Origin: Octopus vulgaris
Taxonomy: Eukaryota
Direction: 5' to 3'
DNA: 64,000 nucleotides
Assembly: GCA_951406725.2 (NCBI GenBank)
Contig: OX597822.1
Coordinates: 33,170,001 to 33,234,000 of the forward strand
In this document: positions 14,056 to 28,820 of the stretch, one piece after another
Layout of the letters: every line of letters begins with the position of its first letter
Numbering within the stretch: position 1 is the stretch's first letter
Made by a program: the position numbers and the translations under genes
The notes under the pieces: model-generated
Database searches by the model: none
Told to the model about the DNA's origin: nothing
Seen by the model: the letters and a program-made list of their open reading frames with translations, nothing else

Positions 14056-14419
14056 AAATGGATGAATGAATTATCTTGTTACGGATTATTCAAATTATAA
14101 CCGATACCTGGGTAGCAAAAATCACAACAGAAAAATCACGGTTGAGGTTACGACCATGGGGTCTCAAAACCGTGCCTTAGTGCGGAAATTTGAAGTTTTA
14201 TATATTTAGTGAGGGAAGAAATAGAGCTGAACGAAGATTTTACAAAATTCCTTTTTATTATTTTCTACATATGTTTCAAAGGCTGCAAAGTCCCTAATTC
14301 GGATTGAATAAGGAGACCATTTTGCAGCTTTCTCTTCAGGAAAATCCAGGAACTTAAATCTCCAACAAAATGCGCAGCAAGCTTTTCGACAAACGCTCTC
14401 TAGGAGCTCTAGCCTCCAC

Positions 14420-14540
14420 AAAAAGAGACCGATAGAATAAGTACTAGGCTTACCAAGAATAAGTCCTGGGGTCGATTTGCTCGACTAAAGGCGGTGCTCC
14501 ATCATGGCCACAGTCAAATGACTGAAACAAGTAAATGAGT
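14420..14540 (+). mobile_element. SINE family A 3' fragment
   Basis: aaaagagaccgatagaataagtactagg...gactgaaacaag. Confidence 0.8.
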
Positions 14541-14561
14541 AATGAGTATATATATATGTAT

Positions 14562-14649
<88 letters not shown>

Positions 14650-15019
14650 GCATACGTGCATACGTATATATTTATGCGCGATCAAATCTAACTAAGCACA
14701 TACGGAGAGACAGATAGATAGAACGAATATGTGCGTGTATATACTTCGATATTAAAGGAATACAGGAATGTTATGAAAGATATCTGTTTATACATTTTTC
14801 GAACTCTCTTTCCACCTCTACTCCTGTTGCTCCCACATTTTCTTTCTCTGTGAATATCTGTATGTGTAAGTACGAGTGTGTTTGTGTGTGCGCGTGTATG
14901 TGAGTATGTATGGATATGTGTTCGTGTGTTGTTTATTTGCAGTGAAAGAAAAACAGTATAGACGTAAAAATAATGATCTGCAAGCGCCATATATTTATTC
15001 GTAAGTAGAAAAAGTAATA

Positions 15020-15081
15020 ACAGCAGCAACAGCAACAATACCAATAACAGCAACAACAACAACAACAACTACAACAACATC

Positions 15082-15115
<34 letters not shown>

Positions 15116-15130
15116 GTAATGATAGTAATG

Positions 15131-15167
<37 letters not shown>

Positions 15168-15222
15168 TAATAATAATAATTATAATTATTATAATAATAA
15201 TAATAATAATAATAATTATAAT

Positions 15223-15280
<58 letters not shown>
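15020..15280. repeat. (CAA)n/(AAT)n microsatellite
   Basis: Direct reading; one of dozens of TA, TG, TATG, GATA and AAT tracts in the window. Confidence 0.95.
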
Positions 15281-15487
15281 CCAGTACAAAGACAAGCACA
15301 TTACTTTTTTTTTCTCTTCCTTACATGTATACATTTACAATATTTTCAAGTAACGGCTGAGTGTGTGTTCTTATTTGTTATTTTCGCTTGTGTATTGGTG
15401 CGCATGCGTGCATGTGTCAAAATACTTTTTTGTATGCTTGCGTATATGTATGCATGTGCTTATAAATAAATAGATGTACGTATGTAA

Positions 15488-15564
<77 letters not shown>

Positions 15565-16396
15565 TGCATGTTTGATTTGGAGATTGTTGGAATGAATTTA
15601 TTTTACAGAGACATAATCGTTGCAAAAAACGAAAATTAATAAAATCTGGCTAAGCGTTTTGTTCTTTCATTCCTTTTCATGGTTAATATACAGGGTATTG
15701 ATACATTGGTAATAGCAACTAAAATATTCTAGTAAGAACCAGCTACAAACCTTTCCCATTAAGTCATTTCTTCTAGGGAAATTGGCACTCTCAAATATCT
15801 GAGTCTTCACAGATTTATTCTCGACAACTAAATTTAATTTCATTTTTATTTTCACTGGAATTTCTTTTTTCTTGTTTTATTTTTAATATTATTTATTTAG
15901 TTATTATTATTTTTTTGTGGTTAATCCTGTAAATTGAAATTAATTGGAACACCCGATATATTGATAAAAAAAAATTGCAATCGGAATCGGATTTTAAAGA
16001 TATATCTATCGGGAAATATTTAACCCATTAAAATATTGCGTTATTTCATTATCTGATTAACACCAAATCTATCTTCCAAACTACTATAATGTCACTAAAG
16101 CAGCAAATCCTTTCCTTTTTCTATGTACCTTTTATCTTTTTCTTGTTTCAGTCATTTCACTGTGGCTATGCTGGTGCACCGAATTGCAAATGTCAGCCGA
16201 ATAAATAGATCCTAGTATATAATTTTTAAGGTGCGGCACTCACTTTATTGGAATCTTTTGCCAAACCAGTAATTCACGGAGACATAAACAAACCAATACC
16301 AGCTGTCAAGTGGAAGGGAACATCTTCAAAGACACACACACACACACACACACACAGACATAGAAACGTCAGACTTCTATTCAGTTTCCTTATTTC

Positions 16397-16834
16397 GGAC
16401 AGACAAAGGGATTAAGTCGATTACATCGACCCCAGTGCGTAACATGTACTTAATATATCGACCCCGAAAGGATGAAAGGCAAAGTCGACCTCGTCGGAAT
16501 TTGAATTCAGAACGTAAAGACAGACGAAATGCTGTTAAGTATTTCGCCCGGCGTGCTAACGTTTCTGCCAGCTTGCCGCCTTAAAATTCCACTCAGTTTC
16601 CTTATTTCTTTACTGCCCACAAGGGGTTAAACATAGAGAGGACAAACAAGAACAGACAAACGGATTAAGTCTATTACATCGATCCCAGTGCGTAAATGGT
16701 ACTTATTTAATCGACCCCGATCGGATGAAAGGCAAAGTCGACCTCGGCGGAATATGAACTTAGAACGTAGCGGCAGACGAAATACTGCTAAGCATTTCGC
16801 CTGGCGTGCTAACGATCTGCCAAATCGCCGCCTT
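16397..16834 (-). mobile_element. SINE family B, two tandem copies
   Basis: Two reverse-complement matches, each ending in cgccttaaaattccactca. Confidence 0.8.
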
Positions 16835-17244
16835 AAAATTCCACTCACTTTCCGCCAAGCAAATTCACTCACAGTGCATTATTCGACCGAGGCTATAGTA
16901 GAAGGCTCTTTCCCAACATGTTACGCAGTGAGATCGAACCCGAAAGCATGTGGTTGCAAAGGAAGCTTCTTAAACATATTGCTCTGCCTCTTTGCTTCAT
17001 ACTATGATCATTCTTTTTCTTTCTTTTTCCGCCATCAAATCGACGAGCCATCTCCTTCTTGTATCTTCTTATACTTGTGTAGGAAGATGCGAGGTCGACT
17101 ACAAGCATGTTATGTATTTTATGGCGAGAATACTATAAGTGGTTTACCCGTTGAATTGTGTTCAGAAAATGAACGATATTCAATGTTGCAGCATTCATCC
17201 TTTTTTGACCTTATAAAACAAAATTAATGTCAGTGGCATTTTTT

Positions 17245-17645
17245 ATTCTTTTCTTTTACTTGTTTGAGTCATTTAATTGCGGCCATGTTGGGGCACCGCC
17301 TTAAAGGGTTTTAGTTGAGCAAATCGAGACCAGGACTTTTTATTAAGCCTGGTAGTTATTTTATCGGTTTCTTTCTTCGAACTTCTAAGTTACTGGGACG
17401 TAAACACACCAACACCGGTTATCAAGCGGTGGGTGAGGAGAGAAGCACAGACACAAAGATACACACACACATATATATGTATGTATATAAGACGGGCTTC
17501 TTTCAGTTTCCGCCTACCAAATACATTCACAAGGCTTTGGTCGGCCCGAGGCTATAGAAGAAGATATTTGCCCGAGGTACCACTCTGTGAGACTGAACCC
17601 GTAACCATGTGATTGGGAAGCAAGCTTCTTAACACACAGCCACAT
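17245..17645 (-). mobile_element. SINE family A
   Basis: Reverse-complement match. Confidence 0.8.
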
Positions 17646-18269
17646 GGATACTTCTCAGACGTGAGACCTTCCTGAAAGCTTGACTTACTAAAATCATTCC
17701 TTTTCCTCTTCCACGTTTGCTATGAAACTGCGTACAATTTTAGGATATTTTTAGCATGATACAATGACGCTTCTTTCTTTCTAGAGCACGGTTAATGAAA
17801 TGTAAAATCGAAATCTTTCTCATACTCATTAGTAACTCAAATCAAGCGAAATAATTCGTAGTCCGTGTTTTCCTGGAACTTTTCCTTCGGTCTATGGCGC
17901 AATTCGTACACTTTTATAGGTTTTTGAACTGGTGTCAAGGATGCAATTTTAGAGAAATGAATAAATAATGAATAGATTACTACAAACATTGTAATACCTT
18001 TGTATCACGTACTATAGAGTCAGAGGCGAACAAAAGAAAGTTGACATGCCGAAGCAAAACTATAGCTTAGTTGAAGCATCTAGAAAGCATTTAAGGGTTC
18101 ATACGATTTGCTAGAAATAAATCACATGTTACTTATTTTAAAGAAGATGGGGTACATAATTTCAGAGGCATTTTATGCATATAAAAGGCCTACCGTAATC
18201 AGCTTTCTGCATATATCTTCATCTCTATGCGGAGATGTGAGCAAAGTATTTGTGTGTGTGTATGTGTGT

Positions 18270-18300
<31 letters not shown>

Positions 18301-18365
18301 CTTAAAATGTATGTACATTCACAATCATAGCTTAGAATGGGAAAACGACCAGAGCGATACGCTAC

Positions 18366-18787
18366 TTCTTATTTCTTTACTGCCCGCAAGGGGCTACACA
18401 CAGAGGGGACAAACAAGGACAGACAAACGGATTAAGTCGGTTATATCGACTCCAGTGCGTAACTGGTACTTATTTAATCGACCCCGAAAAGATGAAAGGC
18501 AAAGTCGACCTCGGCAGAATTTGAACTCAGAACGTAGCGGCAGACGAAATACCTATTTCTTTACTACCCAAAAGATGGGCTAAACACAGAGGGGACAAAC
18601 AAGGACAGATAAGGGATTAAGCTGATTTCATCGATCCCAGTGCGTAACTGGTACTTCATTTATCGACCCCGAAAGAATGAAAGGCAAAGTCAACCTCGGT
18701 GGATTTTGAACTCAGAACTTAACGACAGACGAAATACTGCTAAACATTTCGCCCGGCGTGCTAACGTTTCTGCCAGCTCGCCGCCTT
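18366..18787 (-). mobile_element. SINE family B, tandem dimer
   Basis: A partial copy followed by a full copy. Confidence 0.8.
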
Positions 18788-19245
18788 CTACTTCTTACGC
18801 TACTTCTTACTATGAATTTTAATTCAGGTAAACATATTACTTGGTTAGCTATCCTTGTTTACCTTCGTCTGTCAAAACAACATTGTGTTACACGCTTGTA
18901 CTTCCATGATGAATGAAAAGATTTCAGAAAAAACATGTAATATAATATAAACGGTTAAGCTTTTTTTTTTTTACATTCTCAAGCATAGCAGACGACAGAA
19001 AATTTGTTTGTGAATATAGCTAAAAAAAACGTAACTATTTATATAGGTGTGCGTGTACTTAAATACTTGTTAGAACGTAGTTAAAATTTAACTGTTTGTA
19101 TATATAAATATATACACCTTTCGTAAAAAATCTTATTTATTTTATCATCTGCTGGCTTACAACCTATTCTAATGGTTTTTAGAGACATTTGGCGCCTTAT
19201 TCTAGCGTAGTGGTTGGGTTTATTTACCGCCTATAATATAATTAT

Positions 19246-19392
19246 AGGCGCAGGAGTGGCTCTGTGGTAAGCAGCTTGCTTACCAACCACATGTTTCTGG
19301 GTTCAGTCCCAGTGAGTGGCACCTTAAGCAAGTTTCTTCTACTATAGCCTCAGGCCGACCAAAGCCTTCTGAGTGGATTTGGTAGACGGAAA
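19246..19392 (+). mobile_element. SINE family A 5' half abutting a family B array
   Basis: aggcgcaggagtggctctgtgg...ggtagacggaaa. Confidence 0.8.
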
Positions 19393-19794
19393 GGATGAAA
19401 GACAAAGTCAACCTCGGCGGAATTTGAACTCAGAACGTAGCGGCGGACGAAATATCACAAAGCATTTCGCCCGGCGTGCTAACGTTTCTGCCAGCTCGCC
19501 GCCTTAAAATAAAAAAATAGGCAAAGTCGACCTCGGCGGAATTTGAACTCAGAACGTAACAGCTGACGAAATACACACAAAGGGGTTACACACAAAGGGG
19601 ATAAACAAGGACAATCAAACGGATTAAGTCGATTATATCGACCCCAGTGCGTAACTGGTACTTATTTAATCGACCTCCAAAGAATGAAAGGCTAAGTCGA
19701 CCTCGACAGAATTTGAACTCAGAACGTAGCGGCAGACGAAATACTTCTAAGCATTTCGCCCGGCATGCTAACGTTTCTGCCAGCTCACCGCCTT
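19392..19794 (-). mobile_element. SINE family B, partial tandem array
   Basis: Three aaagtc(g/a)acctcggcggaatttgaactcagaacg units. Confidence 0.8.
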
Positions 19795-19899
19795 ATACAA
19801 ATAAATAATAAGAAGATAACGAAACAATAACTGTACATAATAACTCTACGTAATATTCACTTCTTACTCTCATTACATCCATACCACGAAATCACAGCC

Positions 19900-20117
19900 T
19901 CTTTTACTCTTTTAATCGTTTCAGGCATTTGACTGCAGCCATGCTGGAGCACCGCCTTTAGTCGAGCAAATCGCCAACAGGACTCATTCTTTGTAAGCCT
20001 AGTACTTATTCTATTGGTCTCTTTTACCGAACCGCTAAGGTACGGGGACGTAAACACACCACCATCGGTCGTCAAGTGATGTTGGGGGAGGGGACAAACA
20101 CAGACACACAAATATAT

Positions 20118-20163
<46 letters not shown>

Positions 20164-20560
20164 CCTTTACTATAGCCTCGGGCCGACCAAAGCCTTGTGA
20201 GTAGATTTGGTAGACGGAAACTGAAAGAAGCCCGTCGTATATATGTATATATATATTTGTGTGTGTTTGTGTGTCTATGTTAGTCTCCCAATATCGCTTG
20301 TCAACCGATGCTGATGTGTTTATGTCCTCGTAACCTAGCGGTTCAGCAAAACAGACCGATAGAATAAGTACTAGGCTTACAGCGATTAAGTCCGGGGGGG
20401 GTCGATTTTCTCGACTAAAGTTTCCGCCTACCAAATCCACTCACAAGGCTTTGGTCGGCTCGAGCCTATAGTAGAAGACACTTGCCCAAGATACCACGCA
20501 GTGGAAATGAACCCGGAACCATGTGGTTGGTAAGCAAGCTACTTACCACACAGCCACTAC
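19900..20560 (-). mobile_element. SINE family A with an internal inverted segment
   Basis: Minus tail (19900-20130), plus middle (~20168-20420), minus head (20421-20560). Confidence 0.8.
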
Positions 20561-21177
20561 AGTACCTATTGGAACATTATTAAGTCCTAGACTCACAATT
20601 TCTGAAATAAATTTTTTGTGAAACATGACAGACGTAATGGTCACAACTGAAAAGCCTTTGATAATGGGAGTGCTCAACCGAAGTTGACCCCGGGCTAAAT
20701 AACACCAAAGCAAAGATGAGTTAATAATTTTGTTATTATTTTTTTTTATATATTAATCAGTCAAGTGTAAAGTTTGGCGATAATTTTATTTGTTTCTTCC
20801 GACGCCAATCATTTCTCTTGTATTACTACATTGTAGATTTTGTTGAAAAGGAAAAGGTCATTCTACAATAAATGTTATAATTTTGATCGAACTATCAATA
20901 GAAAAAGAAAAAAAAAATACAAACAAAAAAATAACAGAAAAACAAGCAAACCAAAAATTAACAAAAAGGGAGACAAGAATACAAATACATAACTAATTTA
21001 TCCTTTGTCTGTTAAGGTTGACGGACGACGACAATTTCAATTCTCTGAAATACTGTTGTAACACGAGACTTATAACTCAGTAATATAATTTATAATCCAC
21101 CGCTGGTATAATCGTTCTTATTTATATACTCTCTTCCTTTATCTCACCCGTTTTCTTTTGCTTTATAATATGTGTTA

Positions 21178-21208
<31 letters not shown>

Positions 21209-21481
21209 ATCTATGTATATATGTATGCATATATCTTTCTGGCTGTGTATATTCATATACTTATTTAGCCCTAGACATATAGCTAGGCAGATTATAAATA
21301 TGTGTGTATGTCGTGTGTATGTGTGCGTGTATATACATACACAGACGCATTTAGATACGTATATGTGAGCGTGTACAAATATACATATATGTATGTATAT
21401 ATATATATATATATATATATTCATGCATATTCATGCATATTTATATATACATATATGCATGTATATATATATATATGTATA

Positions 21482-21513
<32 letters not shown>

Positions 21514-21524
21514 CATATATGCAG

Positions 21525-21559
<35 letters not shown>

Positions 21560-21568
21560 CATATATGC

Positions 21569-21615
<47 letters not shown>

Positions 21616-22640
21616 TACATAAATACATATATGTATGTATATATGTACACGCTCACATATACGGACTTACATTCGCCTATATGTGCATGTCTAGATAGGT
21701 GTGTGTGTGTGTGCCTGCTTGGCTGTAATATTTTCATATACTATTACTGACCTGGGGACATATGAAAAACAAACAACAATGGCCTTATATACAAAAAAGA
21801 ATCAAAATTAAGAACTGTAAGTAATCTACTTAGACAGGAAACGGACATAGGGCCATCATCATCATCATCATCATCGTTGTCCTCGCCATTCACGACACTT
21901 TTTCCGGTCCTTATTATTATTCAAACAACGATATCGCAAAAATAGTTATATCACAATGGTAATATTTCGTTTTCCTTGTTTCCGAACAGTCGAGACACGT
22001 AGATTCATATAAAACATTCATAGGAAATGAGATTGTGACTAACACCATTTGCTGGCCACCCAGACTAATGGACTTTGAGGCAACTGATGCCCGTCCTGAA
22101 CATATGTAAGGCAAAAACAAGATCTTGGTGAAACTCTGTAACTTGAGTTCGAATATACATCAAACCGTTTTCATTAAACTTATATTTCTTGACACTGTAA
22201 CTACACATAAGCAAGCAGTGCTGTCGAACTGGTAGTATAGGCGTAGCCGTGGCTGTGTGGTAAGTAGCTTGCTTTCCAACTCATGAGTCTGAGACTTCCC
22301 ATGAGTCTTTTGTTGTCAGTGTACGCATGTGTCATTTTGTTGTGCACTGAAGAAGATAACCAGCAGTGTTTAGCCTGCCAAAAGAAGCTGCTGCAAGGTA
22401 AGACTTTTGTCTCTTGCGTCCAGTTGGAGTTGTTGTCTGTGGTTGTATTTTTTACAAACAAGGAGTGCTCACTGGATTCAGGATGTTGGTCTGCTTGCGG
22501 TTCAGCAATATTGTTCACATTAAGTGAAATTGTTTTTTTCTCATTGTGAGAAGTACAGTTTGGGGCTTTATTCTTCAACCAAAAGTTGTTCACTTTTTAA
22601 TGTTTTTTATAATAACATTTACCATTTATTGGAAAGCTGT

Positions 22641-22828
22641 TAGTTAGTGAGTTAGTTAGTTAATTTGGCTCAAAAGCAAATAGCAAGGCCATGTAGGGGG
22701 ACATGGAGTTAAGTACAGGGTGGTGTTCATGTAAAGAGTTAAGGCCACTTGAGGTCAAGGGAGGCTTTGAACAAAGCGGTCGTCGGCATCTTCACCATCT
22801 CGTCTGGCAGCTTGTTCCACGGATCCGC
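22641..22828 (-). mobile_element. CR1/L2-type LINE 3' end
   Basis: Minus frame reads ADPWNKLPDEMVKMPTTALFKASLDLKW (WN.LP...FK..LD motif). It has a (TAAC)n tail and the TSD AAGCTGT at 22634-22640 and 22829-22835. Confidence 0.8.
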
Positions 22829-23220
22829 AAGCTGTATTTCAAGTGTTCACATTAAGTGAAAATTTTTTCTCATTATGAGAAGTCTAGTTTGGTGACGTAT
22901 CCTTCAACCAAAAATTGTTCGTTGTTTGTACATAGTGTGTATTTTTACAACTACGTTTACCAATAATTGGAAAGCTGTATTTCAAGTGGAGCAGTCCAGG
23001 TTCTAATCGGATTACCATAGGGAGTGGAGTACCTGAATGCCCAGAAGATTTTTGTTTGGTGTGTTTTGCTGAACTGTTGTTTTTTTTCTTCTGTTGTGAC
23101 TTTCTTAGTGAACTGTTTGCTTTTTCTCTTCTTTCCTTTTGTTTCTTTTTGATTTCTCTCCCTCCTTTTTGAAATTTGTGAACTATTGTTTTGGCCTTTT
23201 TTTACTTTTTAATTTAAAAC

Positions 23221-23680
23221 ATGGCAAAAATGGCAAAAAACATGGCAAAAAATACGGATAAGATTGTAGAGTGGGAGATTTCCCACCTAAGGAGTGGCTT
23301 GGACAGCAAGAGAAGAGAACAGTGGTGTTGAGAACGTATTCGAAGGTTCTCGACACCATTGCCTTCTTCTCCAAGCAGATCATTGAGCAGGAGTTGGCAG
23401 ACCTTCTGTCGACCATTAAGTATATCTCTAGGGGTGTCAAATATGCAACGGTGTGGTTGCTGTTTGACACCCCAGAGGAGTCTCGCAGTTTTGCGAGCCA
23501 GCTCTTTGAGGGTAACGAAATTTTGTTTCTTCCCACTTATTGTGGGGAAAAATTGACGAGGGCCTGGGTCTGTGGTTTGCCATTGAAGCCCAGTGGATAA
23601 AAGATACTATCCGTCGGGGTCTAGGTGGCAGCGGAGCTAGGCTCCTCAATGTGAAAATTCTTCCTGCGGCTGATTGAATA
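23221..23680 (+). pseudogene. Probable L1/Tx1-type LINE ORF1 N-terminal (RRM-like) remnant
   Basis: ...KYISRGVKYATVWLLFDTPEESRSF...FLPTYCGEKLTRAWVCGLP pattern, frameshifted. Called from motif resemblance only. Confidence 0.45.
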
Positions 23681-24055
23681 TAGAAACTTTTCTCAACAAC
23701 GCCAAGAGTAAAAGATGTTTTTTGTGATACATTCATTCTACCAGTATACGAAGTTTGAAAGTGTTTAGTTACAAAAGATTATTTTTAAAAATCTGTCGGT
23801 CAAATGGTAAAGATCCACAATATTTACCACGTGAAAAAGAAGTTGGTAGAAATAGTTATCACTTTACGCTATTTAGTTACAAACATTGAAGTTCTACATG
23901 CCTGGTTATAGGGGAGGAGAATAATAAGTTGCTTAGAAACAGGTGAAGGTTGGCAACAGGAAAGGCAACTGGCCATAAAAAAAAAAATCAGTCTCAATAA
24001 ACTCCACTGAACCCATGCAAGCATGGAAAAGTGGTCATTAAAACTATGATGATGA

Positions 24056-24089
<34 letters not shown>

Positions 24090-25448
24090 GGTGGTGATGA
24101 TTATTGTTTTGTTTATTTAGTTTTACCTTCTCAGAACAATCTTTGCGTGGGTGAAAATGGTCACAGTCTCACTAGTATAATTATGTTAATATAATATAGG
24201 CGCAGTCGTCGCAATGCAGTTAAGTAGCTGGCTTTGCAAACATGTGGTTTCAAGTTCAGTTCCACTGCACGACACCTTGAGTAAGCATCTTCTACTATAA
24301 CTTACTGGTCGACCAATGATTTATGACTAAATTTGGTTAATGGAAACAGTGTGAAAATATGTCATTTCTATCTAAAACTTTCACTCAGCGACAATTAATA
24401 TATTCACTGTGTACATCCGTATGACTTTTATTGTTTTATTCCTTGTTTTTTTTTTTTCATTTGCCTCTGTGTGTGTGTGTGTGTGTGTGTATTCAGCGGC
24501 ATTTCGTCCGTCTTCACTTTCTCAGTTAAAATACCGCTGAGGTGACTTTGGCTTTCACACCTTTCAAAGTCAATAAAGAACCAGTTGAGCTGAGCACTCG
24601 AGTCAATGTAATTGACTTCGCACCACCTCAAAATTGCTGGCCTTGTGCCTTTATTATGATTATTATTATTACTATAATTGGTTGATGACAGCATCACTAA
24701 AGATTCAGACGAAATAGCTTGTGTTTTTTAATCCGGCTCTTTACTTCTTCTCGCCAAGATGAATTGCGCCAACAATCCCGAGAAAAACTAATGTACTTAT
24801 AGACTTTGATTTTCGTTTCACTTATATTTTCCCCTCAAAAATGTTCACAACACCAGTGATAAGAAATGAACTCAATAAGTTCTTAAACCGCCAATATTTC
24901 ATCTTGTTCTAGTGATTTTTATCTATCTAACTATGTTCTCACTTATGTTGGCAACAAGCCGTGGAAATATAACCGAACATTTCTAGCTACATTCAAGGTA
25001 ATTCTTTATCGCACTCACAAAATGAAAAAAGGAAAAGAAATATATACAAAAAAAAAATTGCACTTTTATTAATGATGAAAATAATGAGAACTCACTTGCG
25101 ATTCAATTGAAAGAATCTGTAGCAAAGGAAAGAAGCAACCACATTGGCAGAATTCAGCATTATATAGATATTATAGCAAAATTCGTGTTTCTTTTCTTTT
25201 ATTTCTCGTTTCGGCTTTTTAGGGATTTTTTTTCAGCACTTTTGTATTTTCTGATGTTTTCTTGATAGATATCATCTAATTCACCAGCATGAAAATAGTG
25301 GTAAGAAAGATTTGAATGTTAGCATTAAGGTATATATGCCAATATATATAGAATAAAAATGCAATCACACGTATTTTTCTATTTATTTATGTACTTGTTA
25401 TGTGTGTCTGTGTATCCAGGTGTGTGCAGATCTATGTGTGTATGTGTG

Positions 25449-25498
<50 letters not shown>

Positions 25499-25594
25499 CG
25501 TATGTGCGTCCGTGTCCGTATACACGTATATATATACATATACATATATATATTCATATACACATGTACATATATATGTTTATGTATATAGGTA

Positions 25595-25650
<56 letters not shown>

Positions 25651-25819
25651 GGTATGTATATTTATATATATATATATATATATATATAATGTTTGGCTGT
25701 AAGGAATGACAAACGAGCTGGCATATACTAAATACGTGAAGCAGTATACAGCTGTGCTGTGTTTTCTTGGCTAATATTGATATATATGACTTGCAAAATC
25801 ACCAGAGCTTCAATAATGC

Positions 25820-25867
<48 letters not shown>

Positions 25868-26228
25868 TAATAATAATACCAAAAATTTGTTGGTTAGCAA
25901 TCAGAAAAAGAAATATCTGCCAGATCTTTGCATCTTTCAACTCAAAGCTGCGTTCTTTCAAATAGTTTCCAGATATATCTTTATTTTTTATCTGTTTATT
26001 TTTTTTTATTTTACCACTTTTTTTTTACTGAATTGATTATTACCAATAGAGATCTATAATTTCCTTCAATTGCAATGATTCCACTATCTTTAAACTTCAT
26101 CCCCTTAAAGTTTGTGTATGCATACATACATACACGTATATATCTATATCTATATCTATATCTATTTATTTATCTCTATATATATAGATAGATAGATAGA
26201 TAGATACATACATACATACATACATACA

Positions 26229-26262
<34 letters not shown>

Positions 26263-26267
26263 CATAC

Positions 26268-26347
<80 letters not shown>

Positions 26348-26457
26348 AAAGTTTACGAAAAAAACAAAAGACGAATATATACTCATGTATGTATATACTC
26401 AGGCATTTATATAGTTACAGAAATATACACATTTGTTTGTATATATGTATATGTATA

Positions 26458-26522
<65 letters not shown>

Positions 26523-27470
26523 TACGTATATTTACCTCCAGACACATATACGTATATATATGTAGACATATACATCTATATATATATGTGTGTGTATACA
26601 TATGAGTATATATATATACACATTCATATATATGTTTGTATATATATATATATATAATTACGCATGTATATGCTTATACTTACAGACACACACACACACA
26701 CACACACACATGTATATGTATATATAATATAAGACATAACTCAGAGACACTCTGACCAAAATTTCCTCTTTCCTTTCCTAGTGTTTATTATTTTATTTTC
26801 TACTTTCTATTTTTCAAATGTAAAGCGAACATCAGAATAAAATTGTAACAGATAACCGTATAAACACAAGCAATATACGAACAATGTACCATTGATTAGT
26901 TCCCATGTCTGCAGGAACACGATATAACATCTGCTCGTTATGACTGGTCGCTTGTTACAATATATCGTCTGCTTAGATTGACATCTATCAATGTATCGAT
27001 AGTAACAACTTTCACTTCGATCTTTTTTCTGTCCATTTCTTTGTCCCCTTCCCCCTCTCTCCCTTGATATATATGTATATATATACCCCTTTATAACACG
27101 TAGTATATCAATCTTCTTAGAAGTGTTTGCTCGTTATCGCCCCTTTCTGTTTTTTTATTAAATCCAATTTTTCATTTCCACTCCAAGATTCCGTCAGTTT
27201 TTTCTTCCAACCCCACTTCCCCTTCCTTCCTCACTCTCTTTCTTTCTCCCTCTCTCTCTCTGCATCTTTCTTTTTCTCTATCTCTCTCTCTCTCTCTCTT
27301 TCGCTCTCCATTTCTTTCTCTCTCTCTCCCCCTCTTGATTGCTCTCTATCAGTCGTTCAATTGTCCTTTACTTTAGCTTCTTTCCAATAATCCAGACACA
27401 CACATTGGATTTTATAGTGCTTTAAAACTACATACGCATATATACATACATACATACGAGTATATGCAGA

Positions 27471-27501
<31 letters not shown>

Positions 27502-27683
27502 GTTTTCATACTCACAGATATACATGTATATAAATATATATAAATTAAACCACGGTTTCACCTTTAAATTACCTATTACCGTATACCTTACAGCGAGGCC
27601 TATACATACTGAGGTGATATACCAGGGGTGCCTACGGATACCTCTATCCCTTATATATATGAATAACCTCTAACTTATATCTT

Positions 27684-27727
<44 letters not shown>

Positions 27728-27729
27728 AA

Positions 27730-28020
27730 TATCACGTGATCACGTGACCGACCAGTCCATCAGATGTAGTTACACATCGCTGGTCACAATGCGTTCGCAT
27801 TGTTTTAGCCTTCGAATTACGCCAACCCGCTGGCTAAGCGAGCAGGCCAACAGAAGAAAGAGTGGTGAAAGAGTACAGCAGGGATCACCACCCCCTGCTG
27901 GAGCCTCGTGGAGCTTTTAGGTGTTTTTGCTCAATAAACACTCACAACGCCCGGTCTGGGAATCGAAACCGCGATCCTACGACCGCGTGTCCTAACCACT
28001 AGGCCATTGCGCCTCTACCT
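27730..28020 (-). mobile_element. tRNA-derived SINE family C
   Basis: Head ggcgcaatggcctagtggttagg...ggtttcgattcccagacc; tail ...cacgtgatcacgtgat. A second copy lies at 41611. Confidence 0.85.
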
Positions 28021-28736
28021 GTATGTACATATATACATACATATATGTATAGTTATTTTATTCAGTTACATATCTATATAGATAGATGGATACATACATA
28101 CCATAGACAGACATCTCTCTCATTATAATTTATAGCATTCGATATATTTGCTACATATGCTTATGTCATATTTATTATGGCACTTCCAAAGCTCTGATTT
28201 AATATTTCTGTCGATTATGTATTTTCCAATTAATGCCAGTCTTTCGAAAGTCTCTATATCCATGTCCAGCACATTCCTGCTGACAACACAAACGAATCAA
28301 TAAATGTTCAAACTACATTTAGCCATCCTTAATTAAGTAAGTTATCTTGAAGAAACTCAATTAAAGCAATGACTGACGAATACACATCTGTTTATGTAAC
28401 TTCATATCCAACTAAACCTAACGTCGTTAAAGACAACCAAGGTGACGCTAAACAGTGTTACGACTGGCTACAAAATAGCAGCTAAATATAACTCAAAATT
28501 TCATCCCTCTTTTAGAAATGATAAGATATTAGCTAATGCAGTCATAGATAATGGTACAATAGAAGTTGGGATGATCATAGTTGGAACATTGTTAATCATA
28601 GATCTGTCCGATGTACGCTACTCTGTACTACACTGCAATAACAGTAAGATCTCTCAAATTGACTGTGACCCTTCCTCTCTGTCACCCTATGCAGAAAGTC
28701 TTTAAGGATTTATATATATAATTTTTTCACTATATC

Positions 28737-28820
<84 letters not shown>

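Noticed and set aside
16397-19794. CRISPR-like repeated units
   Set aside because: These are irregular SINE fragments in eukaryotic DNA, with no spacer periodicity or cas genes.
27940-28020. tRNA gene
   Set aside because: It is a SINE head continuous with a repeated body, not a clean cloverleaf.
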